Of a stretch of DNA of 64,000 bases, positions 19,026 through 31,305 are shown in pieces. Both the position numbers and the translations under genes were made by a program. Below the pieces are notes generated by a model that was not told the origin of the DNA, did not search any database, and saw nothing but the letters and a program-made list of their open reading frames with translations. This DNA comes from Macrostomum lignano (taxonomy: Eukaryota), in assembly GCA_002269645.1 (NCBI GenBank), contig NIVC01000146.1, positions 310,001-374,000 of the forward strand. Reading direction: 5' to 3'. Positions within the stretch are counted from its first letter, which is position 1; every line of letters starts with the position of its first letter.

Positions 19026-19674
19026 ATTCCGTCTGCTGATGCTGTTGCCTTGAATGTGTGTAAAACTTATGTATTTGTAGATCAATGAATTCTAAACTGC
19101 AGATCCTACTCATCCTACTGTTAGTAGATTCTAAATAAATCTGGCTGTGAACTAAAGAAAATCAGAGATAAACCTCCATGCTCTAATTAAAGTCGTGGCA
19201 AAGACTTCATATAAAAATAACACAACATGATGTTCATTCATTGTATTATTTTCCCGGAACAGAATAGTCAACTATTATGAAAATAGTACACAATCATTTA
19301 TTGAACATACAGCCTACTTGAATAGCAGTAAGTTTTTTTGGCAAGCAAAATAGGAGAGCACCAACTATGATATAAAATCAAATTGTTCATGGGAATTTGT
19401 TTAGAGCACCAAAATGATGGAAATCTTGTCAGCTCGGTTGCAATGTGGAATAAAAAACGCACATTCTACAGATGATGATAAGCAAGTGCTAGCATTGATT
19501 TTAGTCAGTACAGAATATATTATATTGCTCATTAGCAGTAGTAAATCAAGGTGCGCCATTAAAAGCATGCAATGGGTTTCTATAAAAGAAGCGTGTGTAC
19601 AAACCACTCGGCAGCTGCGGCCTGATCGATACTCCTGTAAATCAATATTAGTAATGCTTTGCTAAATTGGTATT

Positions 19675-20110
19675 GGGGATGAGGTGCTTCAGGAAGGAGA
19701 GGGTGAGGTTTTTCTAGCGAGAGGGTGAGGTGCTTCAGGCGGGAGAGGGTGAGGTGCTTCAGGCGGGAGAGGGTGAGGTGCTTCGGGCGGGAGAGGGTGA
19801 GGTGCTTCAGGCGGGAGAGGGTGAGGTACTTCAGGCGGGAGAGGGTGAGGTGCTTCGGGCGGGAGAGGGTGAGGTGCTTCGGGCGGGAGAGGGTGAGGTG
19901 CTCCAGGCGGGAGAGGGTGAAGTGCTCCAGGCGGGAGAGGGGTGAGGCGCTTCAGGCGGGAGAGGGTGAGGTGCTCCAGGCGGGAGAGGATGAGGTGCTT
20001 CAGGCGGGAGAGGGTGAGGTGCTCCAGGCGGGAGAGGGTGAGGTGCTCCAGGCGGGAGAGGGTGAGGGGCAGGAGTGGGTGAGGTGTTTCTAGCGGAAGG
20101 GAGTGAGGTG
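19675..20110. repeat. 24-bp minisatellite
   Basis: Unit gggtgaggtgcttcaggcgggaga. Confidence 0.95.
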
Positions 20111-20648
20111 CTTCAGACAGGAAATGTGTCCAAGATTCAGTTGTTTCAAATAGTACACTGCAGCGGATTCTAGCCTACAGAAGGGGCTCGGGATGGAAGG
20201 CAGAGGCTAGAAAAGTGCAGGCAATTTGAAGCAGACTGGAGAAGCTGCTATAATCCATTTAGACTATAACTGAACAAACAATGGTCTAAATATTTTTCAC
20301 AACAATGAGGAAGTCTTTCGGGGGGGCGCAAAAACATTGGTGCATAAAAATTGAATTGAAGCGCGGGTGCACCGAACACGGAAATTGAAGGCTGTTAACA
20401 ATGAAATGAAGGGAACAAATGTGCCTAGTGATGAGGAAGATAGATGCTAAATTGCAACAAAAGCAGCTGCGGGGACAGATCTCCCACGCTGAGCTCAGCG
20501 GGGTTTCACTCTTGACTGGCGCGCTGTCTGGATGAAAAAAGAAGATTTCGAGTACCGGGCAAGTTCGGAACAAAAAATAAAATAATATTGCCAAAAATAG
20601 AAAAAGCCAAGCTGCTCGAGAAGAAAAGAAATCTTAGCTGCTTTTAGT

Positions 20649-20654
20649 TTTATT
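20649..20654 (-). terminator. Probable polyadenylation signal of the FLYWCH gene
   Basis: AATAAA on the minus strand just downstream of the stop at 20682. Confidence 0.5.
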
Positions 20655-20681
20655 CAGTAGTTCCGGATCTGTGCGTGCGCC

Positions 20682-21932
20682 TCACGTGAGCTGCGCCGCC
20701 AGACGCTGAACCCGGCTCAGGCCGTCCATGTAGTTGAACAACTGCTTCAAGAACTCCTCGTCGTTGACGGCGCCTTCGACTCCGCTGCCGCCGCCGCCGC
20801 CGCCGCTGCACACGATCAGATTGCTGATGCCGTTGATGCCGGCCCGGAAGTACGCCTCCAGCCGGCGCAAGTGGCGCAGCAGCTGCGCGTTGTCCACGCC
20901 GGCCGGACAGGAGGCGGCCAGGCGGTTTGTCATCAAATTCTGCGGCTGCTGCGGCAGCGGCGGAGGGGGCGGCGGCGGCGGCATGGCGGATAAGTCGGCG
21001 GCGTAAGCGCGCAATGGCGGCGGCTGCTGCTGCAGCTGGTGCGGCGGGGCCACCCCCGAGGCGATGGCGGCGCTCAGCATGGCGAGAAACTCCGGGCTGT
21101 TCAACGCGGCCACGCTGCCGCCACCGGAAGACATGTTCAAGCCTGCGAGCTGCTGAACACTCGGATGACACGGCTGATGCTGCTGCGGCAGCCTCGGTGG
21201 CGGCGGCGGCGGCGGCATCGGTATCGGAAAGGCGGCAGTCGGGGAGTCCAGCGGGTCGACCGAGGCCACATTCAACAGGCTGCCGGATGTCGGGGCGGCC
21301 TCCTCGTCATCGCCGTCGCTGTCAACGATAACGTCCTCGTCCGCCGCCTCGTCCGTCTGCTGCTGCAGCTCCTCATCTTCGGCTTCGTCTGCAACGCTGG
21401 AATGCCGCGGTCGCTTCAGCGGGGAGTCGCCGCCGCCGCCGCCATCGTCCAGTTGCCGAGGCGTCAGCGGCCATTTGACTGCGACTTCGGTCGGGGTCCC
21501 CGACGCCTGGTAGTCAGCTGAGAAATACTCGTCCTGCCCGGCAGGCGGGTGGCTGTGGAACCGGCAGGCCGTGACGCGGCGCACGGAGAGCAGCCGCCTG
21601 CCGATGCTGATGGCCGTGGCCGGACAGAACCGCTTGCTGCAGCGCCAGAACACCCGGCCGTCCTTGCCTGATCGGCTCTCCGTCATCTTGTAGCCGTCGA
21701 TCACGATGCTTTCCTTGTTCTTGCGGGTCACGTCCCACTTGACGCTGACTATGCCGCGGGCCTCGGCACATCGACGCTCGACAACGTCTGGACGATCGCT
21801 GGCGGCGCGTTCGGGCCGATGATCGGTGTGTCGAACAGGCTGGGAGTGCGGTCGGTTCTGCTGCTGAACCGTCAGATCCAGCGCGTCTGACAGCATGGGG
21901 TCTTCGCCCACCTGATGCTGCGGCTGCTTCAT
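20682..21932 (-). CDS. FLYWCH-type zinc-finger protein, ~416 aa, single coding exon
   Basis: Open GC-rich frame containing IVIDGYKM...VFWRCSKRFC-x22-HSH (FLYWCH pattern), with acidic and Pro/Gln low-complexity tracts. First ATG is at 21932, an in-frame acceptor (ttttccccAG) lies at 21990, and AATAAA lies 28 nt past the stop. The ORF track start at 22037 is a TTG. Confidence 0.85.
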   Translation of the reverse strand: MKQPQHQVGEDPMLSDALDLTVQQQNRPHSQPVRHTDHRPERAASDRPDVVERRCAEARGIVSVKWDVTRKNKESIVIDGYKMTESRSGKDGRVFWRCSKRFCPATAISIGRRLLSVRRVTACRFHSHPPAGQDEYFSADYQASGTPTEVAVKWPLTPRQLDDGGGGGDSPLKRPRHSSVADEAEDEELQQQTDEAADEDVIVDSDGDDEEAAPTSGSLLNVASVDPLDSPTAAFPIPMPPPPPPPRLPQQHQPCHPSVQQLAGLNMSSGGGSVAALNSPEFLAMLSAAIASGVAPPHQLQQQPPPLRAYAADLSAMPPPPPPPPLPQQPQNLMTNRLAASCPAGVDNAQLLRHLRRLEAYFRAGINGISNLIVCSGGGGGGSGVEGAVNDEEFLKQLFNYMDGLSRVQRLAAQLT

Positions 21933-22969
21933 CGCTGCTGGAACCTGCGTCGATTCGGTCGAATTCGCCGACGTTCTTGTCCCGGTTTTCTGGGGAAAAT
22001 TGTCAACGAATTTCGCAATGGCCGCAATGGCGTGCAAGGTTGGCTGCGTTCAGGGCGTCTTAGGGCTTTGGAGGGAGGGTTTGTCCTCCGAATACACCGC
22101 TGTGATATGAACTTGGCTCCCAGACTATATCTCTCTCTCTCTCCAACAGAGCCTGTCAAAAGCGGCTGAGGCTCTGGCGGGAGGAGGTTGGGGCCTCTGG
22201 CGAAAAAAACTGCTTTGCACGGAATTCTCTCTCCCGCTGTGTGTTGCCCTGCCGGCCCACCGCCGACCAATCCGGTTCCTGAAGCGAACCCCCAGCGCAT
22301 TCAGACCTTTTTAAAGTGGGTCTTTGTTCCGGCTGGGCCCCACCCACCCCCCCCCCCTCCATCGGTTGTGGGAGCCGCCAACTTAGCCATACTTACTGCT
22401 ACTACTATGACTGCTACGTAAGTTTTTTAAAGGAGGCCGGGTGGGTTGGACGGCTCCCACGACGGAGTTTAATACGGACTTGTGGGGGGGGGGGTAGGGA
22501 GAGGGGCCGAGCATCAATATAGTCAAATTCTTGTCTCGACCCGCTATCAACCCATTCGTATCAGTTTGTCTAAGCGAGGACGAAAAGAAAAAAGAGTTCT
22601 GTGTGTGTGTGCCTGTCCGTGTGTTCGTGTGTGTGTGTGTGCTTCCAACACACATCCGGGTGCTGCGTTCTTGAATGCTGTACGAGTACGATGTGTTCAG
22701 GTATCGCTTTCTTAATACCGAAATTTCACAATGCCCAAAGACACCTGCCTTCACAAGACCGAAAATTATTTTTCTAAAAGAGCATAGAAACTATTGGAGG
22801 CTGGGGCTATGCAATAAAACGATGAAAAAATTATTAATTATGTCGATGATTATTAAAATCAAAACTATTTTCAACAATCGACAAACTTGAATTATACCCG
22901 TTATTCTTACTATTGTCCTTCTGTTGTGCGCTGTCTTAGATTTAAACTAGGTTAAAGTTCATTACGAGC

Positions 22970-23680
22970 CAGATTAGGCGCCACCCCCCCCACTCACCCA
23001 CCAGTCCTTCATTAGATAAGGCGCCCCCCACTCACCCATCAGTCCTTCATTAGATAAGGCGCCCCCCCCACTCACCCATCAGTCCTTCATTAGATAAGGC
23101 GCCCCCACTCACCCATCAGTCCTTCATTAGATAAAGCGCCCCCACTCACCCACCAGTCCTTCATTACATAAGGCGCCCCCCCCCCACTCACCCATCAGTC
23201 CTTCATTACATAAGGCGCCCCCCACTCACCCATCAGTCCTTCATTACATAAGGCGCCCCCACTCACCCACCAGTCCTTCATTACATAAGGCGCCCCCCCC
23301 CCACTCACCCATCAGTCCTTCATTACATAAGGCGCCCCCCCCACTCACCCATCAGTCCTTCATTAGATAAGGCGCCACCACCCCCACTCACCCCCACTCA
23401 TCTACCAGTCCTTCATTAGATAAGGCGCCACCACCCCCACTCACCCCCACTCATCTACCAGTCCTTCATTAGATAAGGCGCCACCACCCCCACTCACCCC
23501 CACTCATCTACCAGTCCTTCATTAGATAAGGCGCCACCACCCCCACTCACCCCCACTCATCTACCAGTCCTTCATTAGATAAGGCGCCACCACCCCCACT
23601 CACCCCCACTCATCTACCAGTCCTTCATTAGAAAAGGCGCCACCACCCCCACTCACCCACCAGTCCTTCATTAGAACATG
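22970..23680. repeat. 38-47-bp minisatellite with variable C-run
   Basis: Unit cattagataaggcgccccc(n)actcacccatcagtcctt. Confidence 0.93.
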
Positions 23681-24419
23681 CGCCTACACGAAACTTTTAA
23701 TTAAGTCAGGATTTGCTATACGTGTGCTCGAAAACCAATTCACACGCTGAGAATGAAACAGGATAAAATGAGTCTACTACTATCAATGCAGACACAAGTG
23801 ACAACTGGATTCAATCGTGCACAGATAAGAACAGGCAGACAGCCGCAGACTGCTCAAACAGATGCAGTCGTTAAGATAAGCCACGCAGGCCCTTCTGCTT
23901 CAGGACGAACCAAGGAGAGAAATGGCTGCTGCCAGACAGAGCAGCGACAGGCCACGGCAAGGAGTTGCATGCCAATTTGCCGCAATGACAAGCCCCGCAG
24001 GCCCACTGTGCCCACACCGAGCGCTGACTCAGCTCTCTCTGTTCGGCGCATGGCAACTAAAAACACTCATATTGAGTTTTTTCATAAGCTGAATAATTCC
24101 AGTGTAAATTTTATTACGATCTCTCTGGTCAAACAATCGACTACCTTGATTAGCAAAGCGGGCTCTCACCCCCGACCCCCATATTATAGAATATAGTAGC
24201 TGCTATCGGGGCCGCCCTGCTGCTCTGATATGCAGGTTGGAGTCTTTCGGGTCCTGGCAAAGCATTGAACTTGAGTAGAACGAGATTCCCGGTGCCCGTG
24301 TTTAGATAAGATTTTTTACAGCAAATAGTAGCTTTGAGAGCTTCTATCTTTTGAATTTTAACAGTAGCAACAACTAGAGACAAATTTCACAAATGTATGT
24401 TCCGATAGTTGAGGCTCGG

Positions 24420-24950
24420 GGCGACTTTGCGGGGAGATTCTGTGCTAGGGGCGATTTTTAATGGGAGATTCCCTGCAAGGGGCGATTTTTTATAGTAGAG
24501 TCCCTGCTAGGGGCGATTTTTAATGGGAGATTCTCTGCAAGGGGCGATTTTTTATGGGATATTCCCTACCAGGGACGGTTTTTATGGGATATTCCCTGCC
24601 AGGGACGATTTTTTATGGGAAATTCCCTGCCAGGGACGATTTTTTAGGAGATTCTCAGGCGATTTTGTGGGAGATTCTCTGCTAGGGCGATTACGCGTAG
24701 GATATTCTCCGCTAAGGGCGATTTTTTATGGGAGATTCCCTGCTAGGGGCGATTTTTAATGGGAGATTTCCTGCCAAGGGCGATTCTTATGGGAGATTCT
24801 CTGCTAGGGGGAGATTTTTTATGGGAGATTCTCTGATAGGGGCGATTTTTTATGGGAGATTCTCTGCTAGGGGGCGATTTGTGGGGGAGATTCTCTGCTA
24901 GGGGCGATTTGTATGGGAGATTCTCTGGTATAGGCGATTTTGTATAAGAG
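24420..24950. repeat. Degenerate ~33-bp repeat
   Basis: ggggcgatttttatgggagattctctgcta variants. Confidence 0.85.
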
Positions 24951-26154
24951 TACTCTGTTCTAGGAGTACACTGTACTGTACTCTGTGCTGTACTGTACTA
25001 GGAGTACACGGAGCCCTTTTGCAGTATTGCTTTGGCGTCCCTGACCCTGACGCCGACTCAACAAATAAAACTAAATGAGGCCCCTCAGCCGACATAGCGC
25101 GCCCCACAGCAATAAAAATGCATTGGTAGGCAGTTGGTGGGTGCTTTCCTACATGTCAAAGACATACAGATTTCGAACCATCCAGCGAGACAGCTCAGCT
25201 ATATAATAAACAAATAAGCCGCACAAGTCAGCTCAAATCTATAAGTGAATCGGACTGGGGCGCGGGGCAACTCCCGAAATTTGATGCGGGAAGTCAAGGA
25301 GGCTCAGAATCAGGACTTGGAGTAGTTGCTACTCTTCCCTTACCCTCCCCCTCGAATTTTCAGACAAATGTAGGCCGACATAATCTTTTTTACTTCATCA
25401 TAACTTCATAATTTCGCATCATAGAGATTGTGAAATCTAGAGCTTGTGAAGTTTCGAGCTTAGAAAACGCCTCCAATCTGACGAGCTGCAGCTGCAGATG
25501 ACGAGAGGTTTTTGGAATCACCTGCGGTTTGAATCACCTATTTATGTCATTCCTCGTATCCAGACTATGCGCTGAAGTATGGTGAAATGGCGAAATTGGA
25601 ACCGCGAGTTAGTCTTCCGCTCCCAATCCAGGTGCCCTCTATGCGAGCTCCCTGTCCGGCAGTCCCAGATTCGGGACACGGGAATTTCCTCGATCTTGAC
25701 TACCATCTGTCGTTGGGGAAAAAGCATCTATTTATTACTATAGTAGCAACCAACTGAAGGCTGCGGGCCAGCGTGGGAAATGCGATGAGCTTGTCAGGCG
25801 GGTGATTTATTGCTCTAATAACCAGCCCCTACTCAAATTGTTGTGCCTGTTATTCTATAAACAGAACACAATAGAGCTGCGCCACTTAAACAGCTCAAAC
25901 CACTGTATCCAAACTGGAGGGGCGACCAGACACAAAGGATGTCGTCAGATCGGAATTCGATTGAGTTTTTTAACAACATTAGTAGATTCCCCAAGAACAG
26001 CAGCACCACAGAGATGAATTTGAGATCCCATTTCACATTTATATACATCGCTTGAGGCCGTAGATTTTATGTACGCTCGTTGTAATGCAAGGCAAATGGT
26101 AAAAGTGAGGCAGCGAGGGAACCACAGATCGGCAAGATAAGGAGTGATCACAGC

Positions 26155-26235
26155 CACAGACACAGACAGAGACAGACAGGCAGGCAGACAGACAGACAGA
26201 GACAAACAGACACACAGACAGACAGACAAAGACAC

Positions 26236-26282
<47 letters not shown>

Positions 26283-26325
26283 GGCAGACAGACAGAGACA
26301 AACAGACACACAGACAGACAGACAC

Positions 26326-26360
<35 letters not shown>

Positions 26361-26377
26361 CACAGACAGACAAACAC

Positions 26378-26432
<55 letters not shown>

Positions 26433-26535
26433 CACAGACAGACAGACAGGCAGACAGACAGAGACAAACAGACACACAGACAAAGACACACAGACACACA
26501 GACAAACAGACAGACAGGCAGACAGACAGACAGCC

Positions 26536-26566
<31 letters not shown>

Positions 26567-26833
26567 GACAAACAGACACACAGACAAAGACACACAGACA
26601 CACAGACAAACAGACAGACAGGCAGACAGGCAGACAGACAGACAGCCAGACAGACAGACAGACAGCCAGACAGACAGCCACACAGACAGACACACACACA
26701 GACAGACAGACAGACAGACAGCCAGACAGACAGACAGACAGGCAGGCAGACACACACACAGACAGACAGACAGACAGACAGCCAGACAGACAGACAGACA
26801 GCCAGACAGACAGCCACACAGACAGACACACAC

Positions 26834-26876
<43 letters not shown>

Positions 26877-27010
26877 GGCAGGCAGACAGACAGACAGCCA
26901 GACAGACAGACAGACAGCCAGACAGACAACCACACAGACAGACACACACACACAGACAGACAGACAGACAGACAGCCAGACAGACAGACAGACAGGCAGG
27001 CAGACAGAGA
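26155..27010. repeat. (ACAG)n microsatellite
   Basis: Direct reading. Confidence 0.97.
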
Positions 27011-27529
27011 AGAAACTAACACACAATTAAAAAGGATTCAAATATTATAACTCAGATTAACAAAGCATAATAGTTAAATAAAAATTACCGGATAAGTAAT
27101 TTACGGTGCTGACAAAAGAAAAGAGGCAGTCGATTCGCGCTGAATGTAAAATCAATTTACATTTTATTTCACCAGTGATAAAAAGTGGGACCAACAGACT
27201 CTGTGGCAAGAAATGAAATAAAAAATGCAAAAATACATTTGAGCCAACTGCTACGGCAGGCAAAGTTCACATGCACGCAGTACCTATTATTAGTAGGCTT
27301 GACAGTAAACACGTACAGATACGTGAAGAGTCAGCAGAAAAGCGGGTGTTTAGCTTTTTCATCGTAATTAAAAGCAGTGTTTCGCAAATGCATCAACTAC
27401 TGGCAGTAGAACACAAAGGATTTTATGTAGAGTAAAAAGTTCGACAATGTTGATTACAGGGGGCGGATACTGGCGGATCAGGGGCGGATGCTGGCGGTTC
27501 AGGGGCGGATACTGACGGTTCAGGGGGCT

Positions 27530-30500
27530 TCAGTAGAAGCGGCTCCGCTGTCTCAGAATTCGATATCGAGCCCAGGCCAGGCCAGTCACGCAGGCAGCAG
27601 CCGCTAGCAGGGCCAGCCAGAAGGCAGAGAGGACGCCACCGCTGTCTCCGCCGCTGGCAGCTAAATGGGCATCGGTGAGTGAGCCGGGACGCGCCGAGTG
27701 CAGAGGGTCGCCGAGTTCTGAAGAGAGTGGGAGGGTGAGAGAGGGTGAGGGAGTGTTGTAACTGAGCTAGAAAGAATCGAGTGAAGGGTAAAGAGAGAGA
27801 TAAGACTAAACAATTATTTTAACCAATGCTTTGAAGACATGAATTGATTAACTTCTAATTAACTAAAATTAGAGGCATCTAAGCTACTGAAAGTAGCGCG
27901 AATGCACAGATGAACACTCACCGCCTTTCTCCTTAGCGAGAGGGTCGATTTCCGGCACAATCTGTCTGCGAGTGCCGGTGTAGTCGTCTGGATTCAGCGT
28001 CTGGCGATGTGGGAAAGAAATTATTCACCTGATTATTGGCTGTGACCTGGGTTTGGATGCCTTCTCAGAGTGGGGCGCCTCCTCAGATAAGGGCGCCTCC
28101 TCAGACAAGAGCGCCTCCTCACTTAAGGGCGCCTCATCAGAGTGGGGCGCCTCCTCATTTAAGGGCGCCTCATCAGAGTGGGGCGCCTCCTCACTTAAGG
28201 GCGCCTCATCAGAGTGGGGCGCCTCCTCATTTAAGGGCGCCTCATCAGAGTGGGGCGCCTCCTTACTTAAGGGCGCCTCATCAGAGTGGGGCGCCTCCTT
28301 ACTTAAGGGCGCCTCATCAGAGTGGGGCGCCTCCTCACTTAAGGGCACCTCCTCAGATAAGGGCGCCTCCTCAGATAAGGGCACCTCCTCAGATAAGGGC
28401 ACCTCCTCAGATAAGGGCGCCTCCTCAGATAAGGGCACCTCCTCAGATAAGGGCGCCTCCTCAGATAAGGGCACCTCCTCAGATAAGGGCACCTCCTCAG
28501 ATAAGGGCACCTCCTCAGATAAGGGCACCTCCTCAGATAAGGGCACCTCCTCAGATAAGGGCACCTCCTCAGATAAGGGCGCCTCCTCAGATAAGGGCAC
28601 CTCCTCAGATAAGGGCACCTCCTCAGATAAGGGCGCCTCCTCAGATAAGGGCACCTCCTCAGATAAGGGCACCTCCTCAGATAAGGGCGCCTCCTCAGAT
28701 AAGGGCACCTCCTCAGATAAGGGCACCTCCTCAGATAAGGGCACCTCCTCAGATAAGGGCGCCTCCTCAGATAAGGGCACCTCCTCAGATAAGGGCGCCT
28801 CATCAGAGAAAGACGCTTCATCAGAGTGGGCGCCTCGTCAGAGTGGGGCGCCTTCTCAACAGTGGGAGCCTCCCTCCTCAGTAGGGCGCCGCTCCCTCCA
28901 AGCCAGCAGAGTCACGAACTCAACGCACCGACTCAACTTCGTAGACCTTAGCCGCCAGAATTTCATGATTGTCAACCAGTTCGCCCGTCATAGCGCTCAG
29001 CCCGAACATGAGGTGAGTTGGCAGGCGGACGCCTCGGACGCGAAAGCAAATCCGCCAGATGCCCGGCTCGGAGGTGCCGCCCCAGCCGTCGCCTTCATCG
29101 TCGGTAACTTTAGTGTAGACGGTTAAAACGTCATCGACGTAGCGAACGGCGAGGTGCGTCTCGCCCTGGCGATTGCGGAAACTGCAATAAGAAATTCATA
29201 ATAAACTTGTCGATATCGGTTGTTGAATATTTCAATGACTCTACTGATACGAGCGTATAAGCCATATTAGTAGTGCTACTAGCGCATGCGCGAGAAATTA
29301 GTAAAAAAACAGAAAAAATAGAGTGAAGCATTACTTCACTGTGCAGCCGGCCGGTTCCTTCTGTTCGCCGTCGTCATCGTGCGAAAATTCCAAACTGCCG
29401 TTGTTGACGATGGCCGATATGTAGGGGTGAAAACGGCCTTGCTCAGGGCCGTGCGCATTGCTGTAGGTGTCAAGCAGAACAGCCAGGCCACGAAATCGGC
29501 TGGGGCCACCGAACAGCGGCCCGGGGAATCCCCGGGGGAATCTCGCACCTGGGATTCCCTTGGCATCTGCATACCAGAAGGCAAAGCCGTCGCCGCAGTG
29601 ACCATCAGCAGGGCCGTGGACTCGGAAGTGGACACGAACCTCCCAGTGTCGGATGTGGACGGGCAGACGGCTGACAATGGCACCCTGCTGTGACTGCCTG
29701 TTGGCTGTCAGCTGGACAAAGTCGTCGCCAGAGATCGCAGCACTGCCAGAGAGACTCCATGAACCTTTTGGGGATATGGAAATATAGGAAATATGGAAAG
29801 AAAAGTCTAGCGATTTATATCACAGTTAGGACTGACACAAGTCACAGTGGGGTCCATAAGAATTACCTGCCAAGATTTACCTGCAGTGCAATTTGCCTGT
29901 GAGTGAATTGCCCACTGAGTTTTTACTGCTAAGGTTTGCCTGCAATTATTTTTCCTGTAGCACATTTAGCCACATAGCAGATTGAGTCTGCCTTGTCTCC
30001 CCAATGCTTAGTAAGTCTTAATAAAGAGATTTACCCAATCAAAACATTTTGATAGTAACTGCATATCAAATTCATTTTTCCTGTAGGTATTCAGGGGTAC
30101 ATGCCAGGGTACATTGGTGAGGTATTAATTTATGCATATGTTGCATTGCTTTGTCTCCAAATCTCTTTATTAAAACTTATACAGTACTAAGCATTAGGGG
30201 AGGCAATGCAGACAGAATCTAGCTTCAAATGGCTAAATGCATTGCAGTAAAAAAGCATTGTGGGCAAACCTTGACAGGAAAAAATCTAGTAGACAATTTG
30301 CTTGTAGGTAGGGCAATTCATTTGTGAGCAAATTGCACTGCAGGCAATTCTTGGAAGGCAAGTATTAATAGGCAATTTGCTCATAGGAAAAATGCACTGT
30401 AGGCAAATCTTGGTAAGAAAAGCTTAATGGGCAAATCTTGGCAAACAATTCTAGTATGTCATAGATATATAGGGCATCAAACAAATGTAAACAACAATTT

Positions 30501-31305
30501 TAAGTCAATAGGATACTTAAAATCCAAAGCAAGTTTTTTTAAAAACTTATCAATGAAAAATAAAGTTATATTTTAATTAAATAAATTAGTAATTGAAAGT
30601 TAAAATCATAGTTTAAGCACTTATAAGGCACAATATATATAAAAGTGCTAGTAAATTTTGACATTATTATTAATATTATCATTTTATTGTTCAAAAAAAA
30701 AACTTTATATAAAATTACTTCCTTTTAACACTACAAAAACAGTTTACTAAGCATATATCATATAAACCATAGATAGTTGTAAAATAAAACCAAAAATAAT
30801 AGATTTAGTGACTATTCTATTATAAAAAAAATATATATATAAACAATAATATAATATCATAATAATTACATTTAATTCTAAAATTCTTTCTTAAAATGAA
30901 AGTTTCCTGTCAAGATACTATATTTGATAGAAAAAATTGACTTAAAAATAGTTATATAGAACTATTGCTATGTATGAGCAATCAATTAAGTGTGACCAAT
31001 CCTATTTATTATGTAGGTATTTTTTGTTTCTATTTTTATCAATATATAATAGACAAAAATAAAAGCTTGAAAAATAAACAATATATAGAGGCTCGAAAAG
31101 ACAATGTTAGCAAGTTTAAATGAAGTAACTATGAGGGTGCTTTTATAAATACAATCTTACCTTGGTATGGCTTCATCAAGGAATATTCTTTCCTTAGGAA
31201 AAATGATGGAGACATGCCATTTGAAATGTCTTCCAGCTCATCATTGGCATTACTAAAATCTGAACTACACTGTGTTGGCAATATGAAAAGATTAATTCCT
31301 AACAT
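27530..31305 (-). CDS. LMAN2: VIP36/VIPL (LMAN2/LMAN2L)-type L-type lectin cargo receptor, ~364 aa
   Basis: Exons 31305(or 31416)-31161, 29764-29335, 29181-28929, 28000-27922 and 27717-27530 join in frame. Motifs: FLRKEYSLMKPYQG, WEVRVHFRVHG, GDGFAFWY, GLAVLLDTYSN, PYISAIVNNGS, HDDDG, CTVNFRNR, VRLPT..FGLSAMTGELVDNHEI, then a TM helix and tail RQRSRFY*. The start codon is uncertain (31305 vs 31416). Confidence 0.92.
28065..28870. repeat. 18-bp minisatellite (39-bp composite at left) in LMAN2 intron 3
   Basis: Unit ggg(c/a)cctcctcagataa-type. Confidence 0.95.

Noticed and set aside
25542-25727. Exon-like segment with acceptor and ATG (MVVKIEEIPV...)
   Set aside because: It ends in a stop, has no recognisable homology and cannot be linked in frame to neighbouring genes. 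It may be a UTR exon but is unsupported.
28025-29126. (SEEVPL)n, (APPQIR)n and (SSDKG)n ORFs
   Set aside because: 18-bp array inside LMAN2 intron 3.
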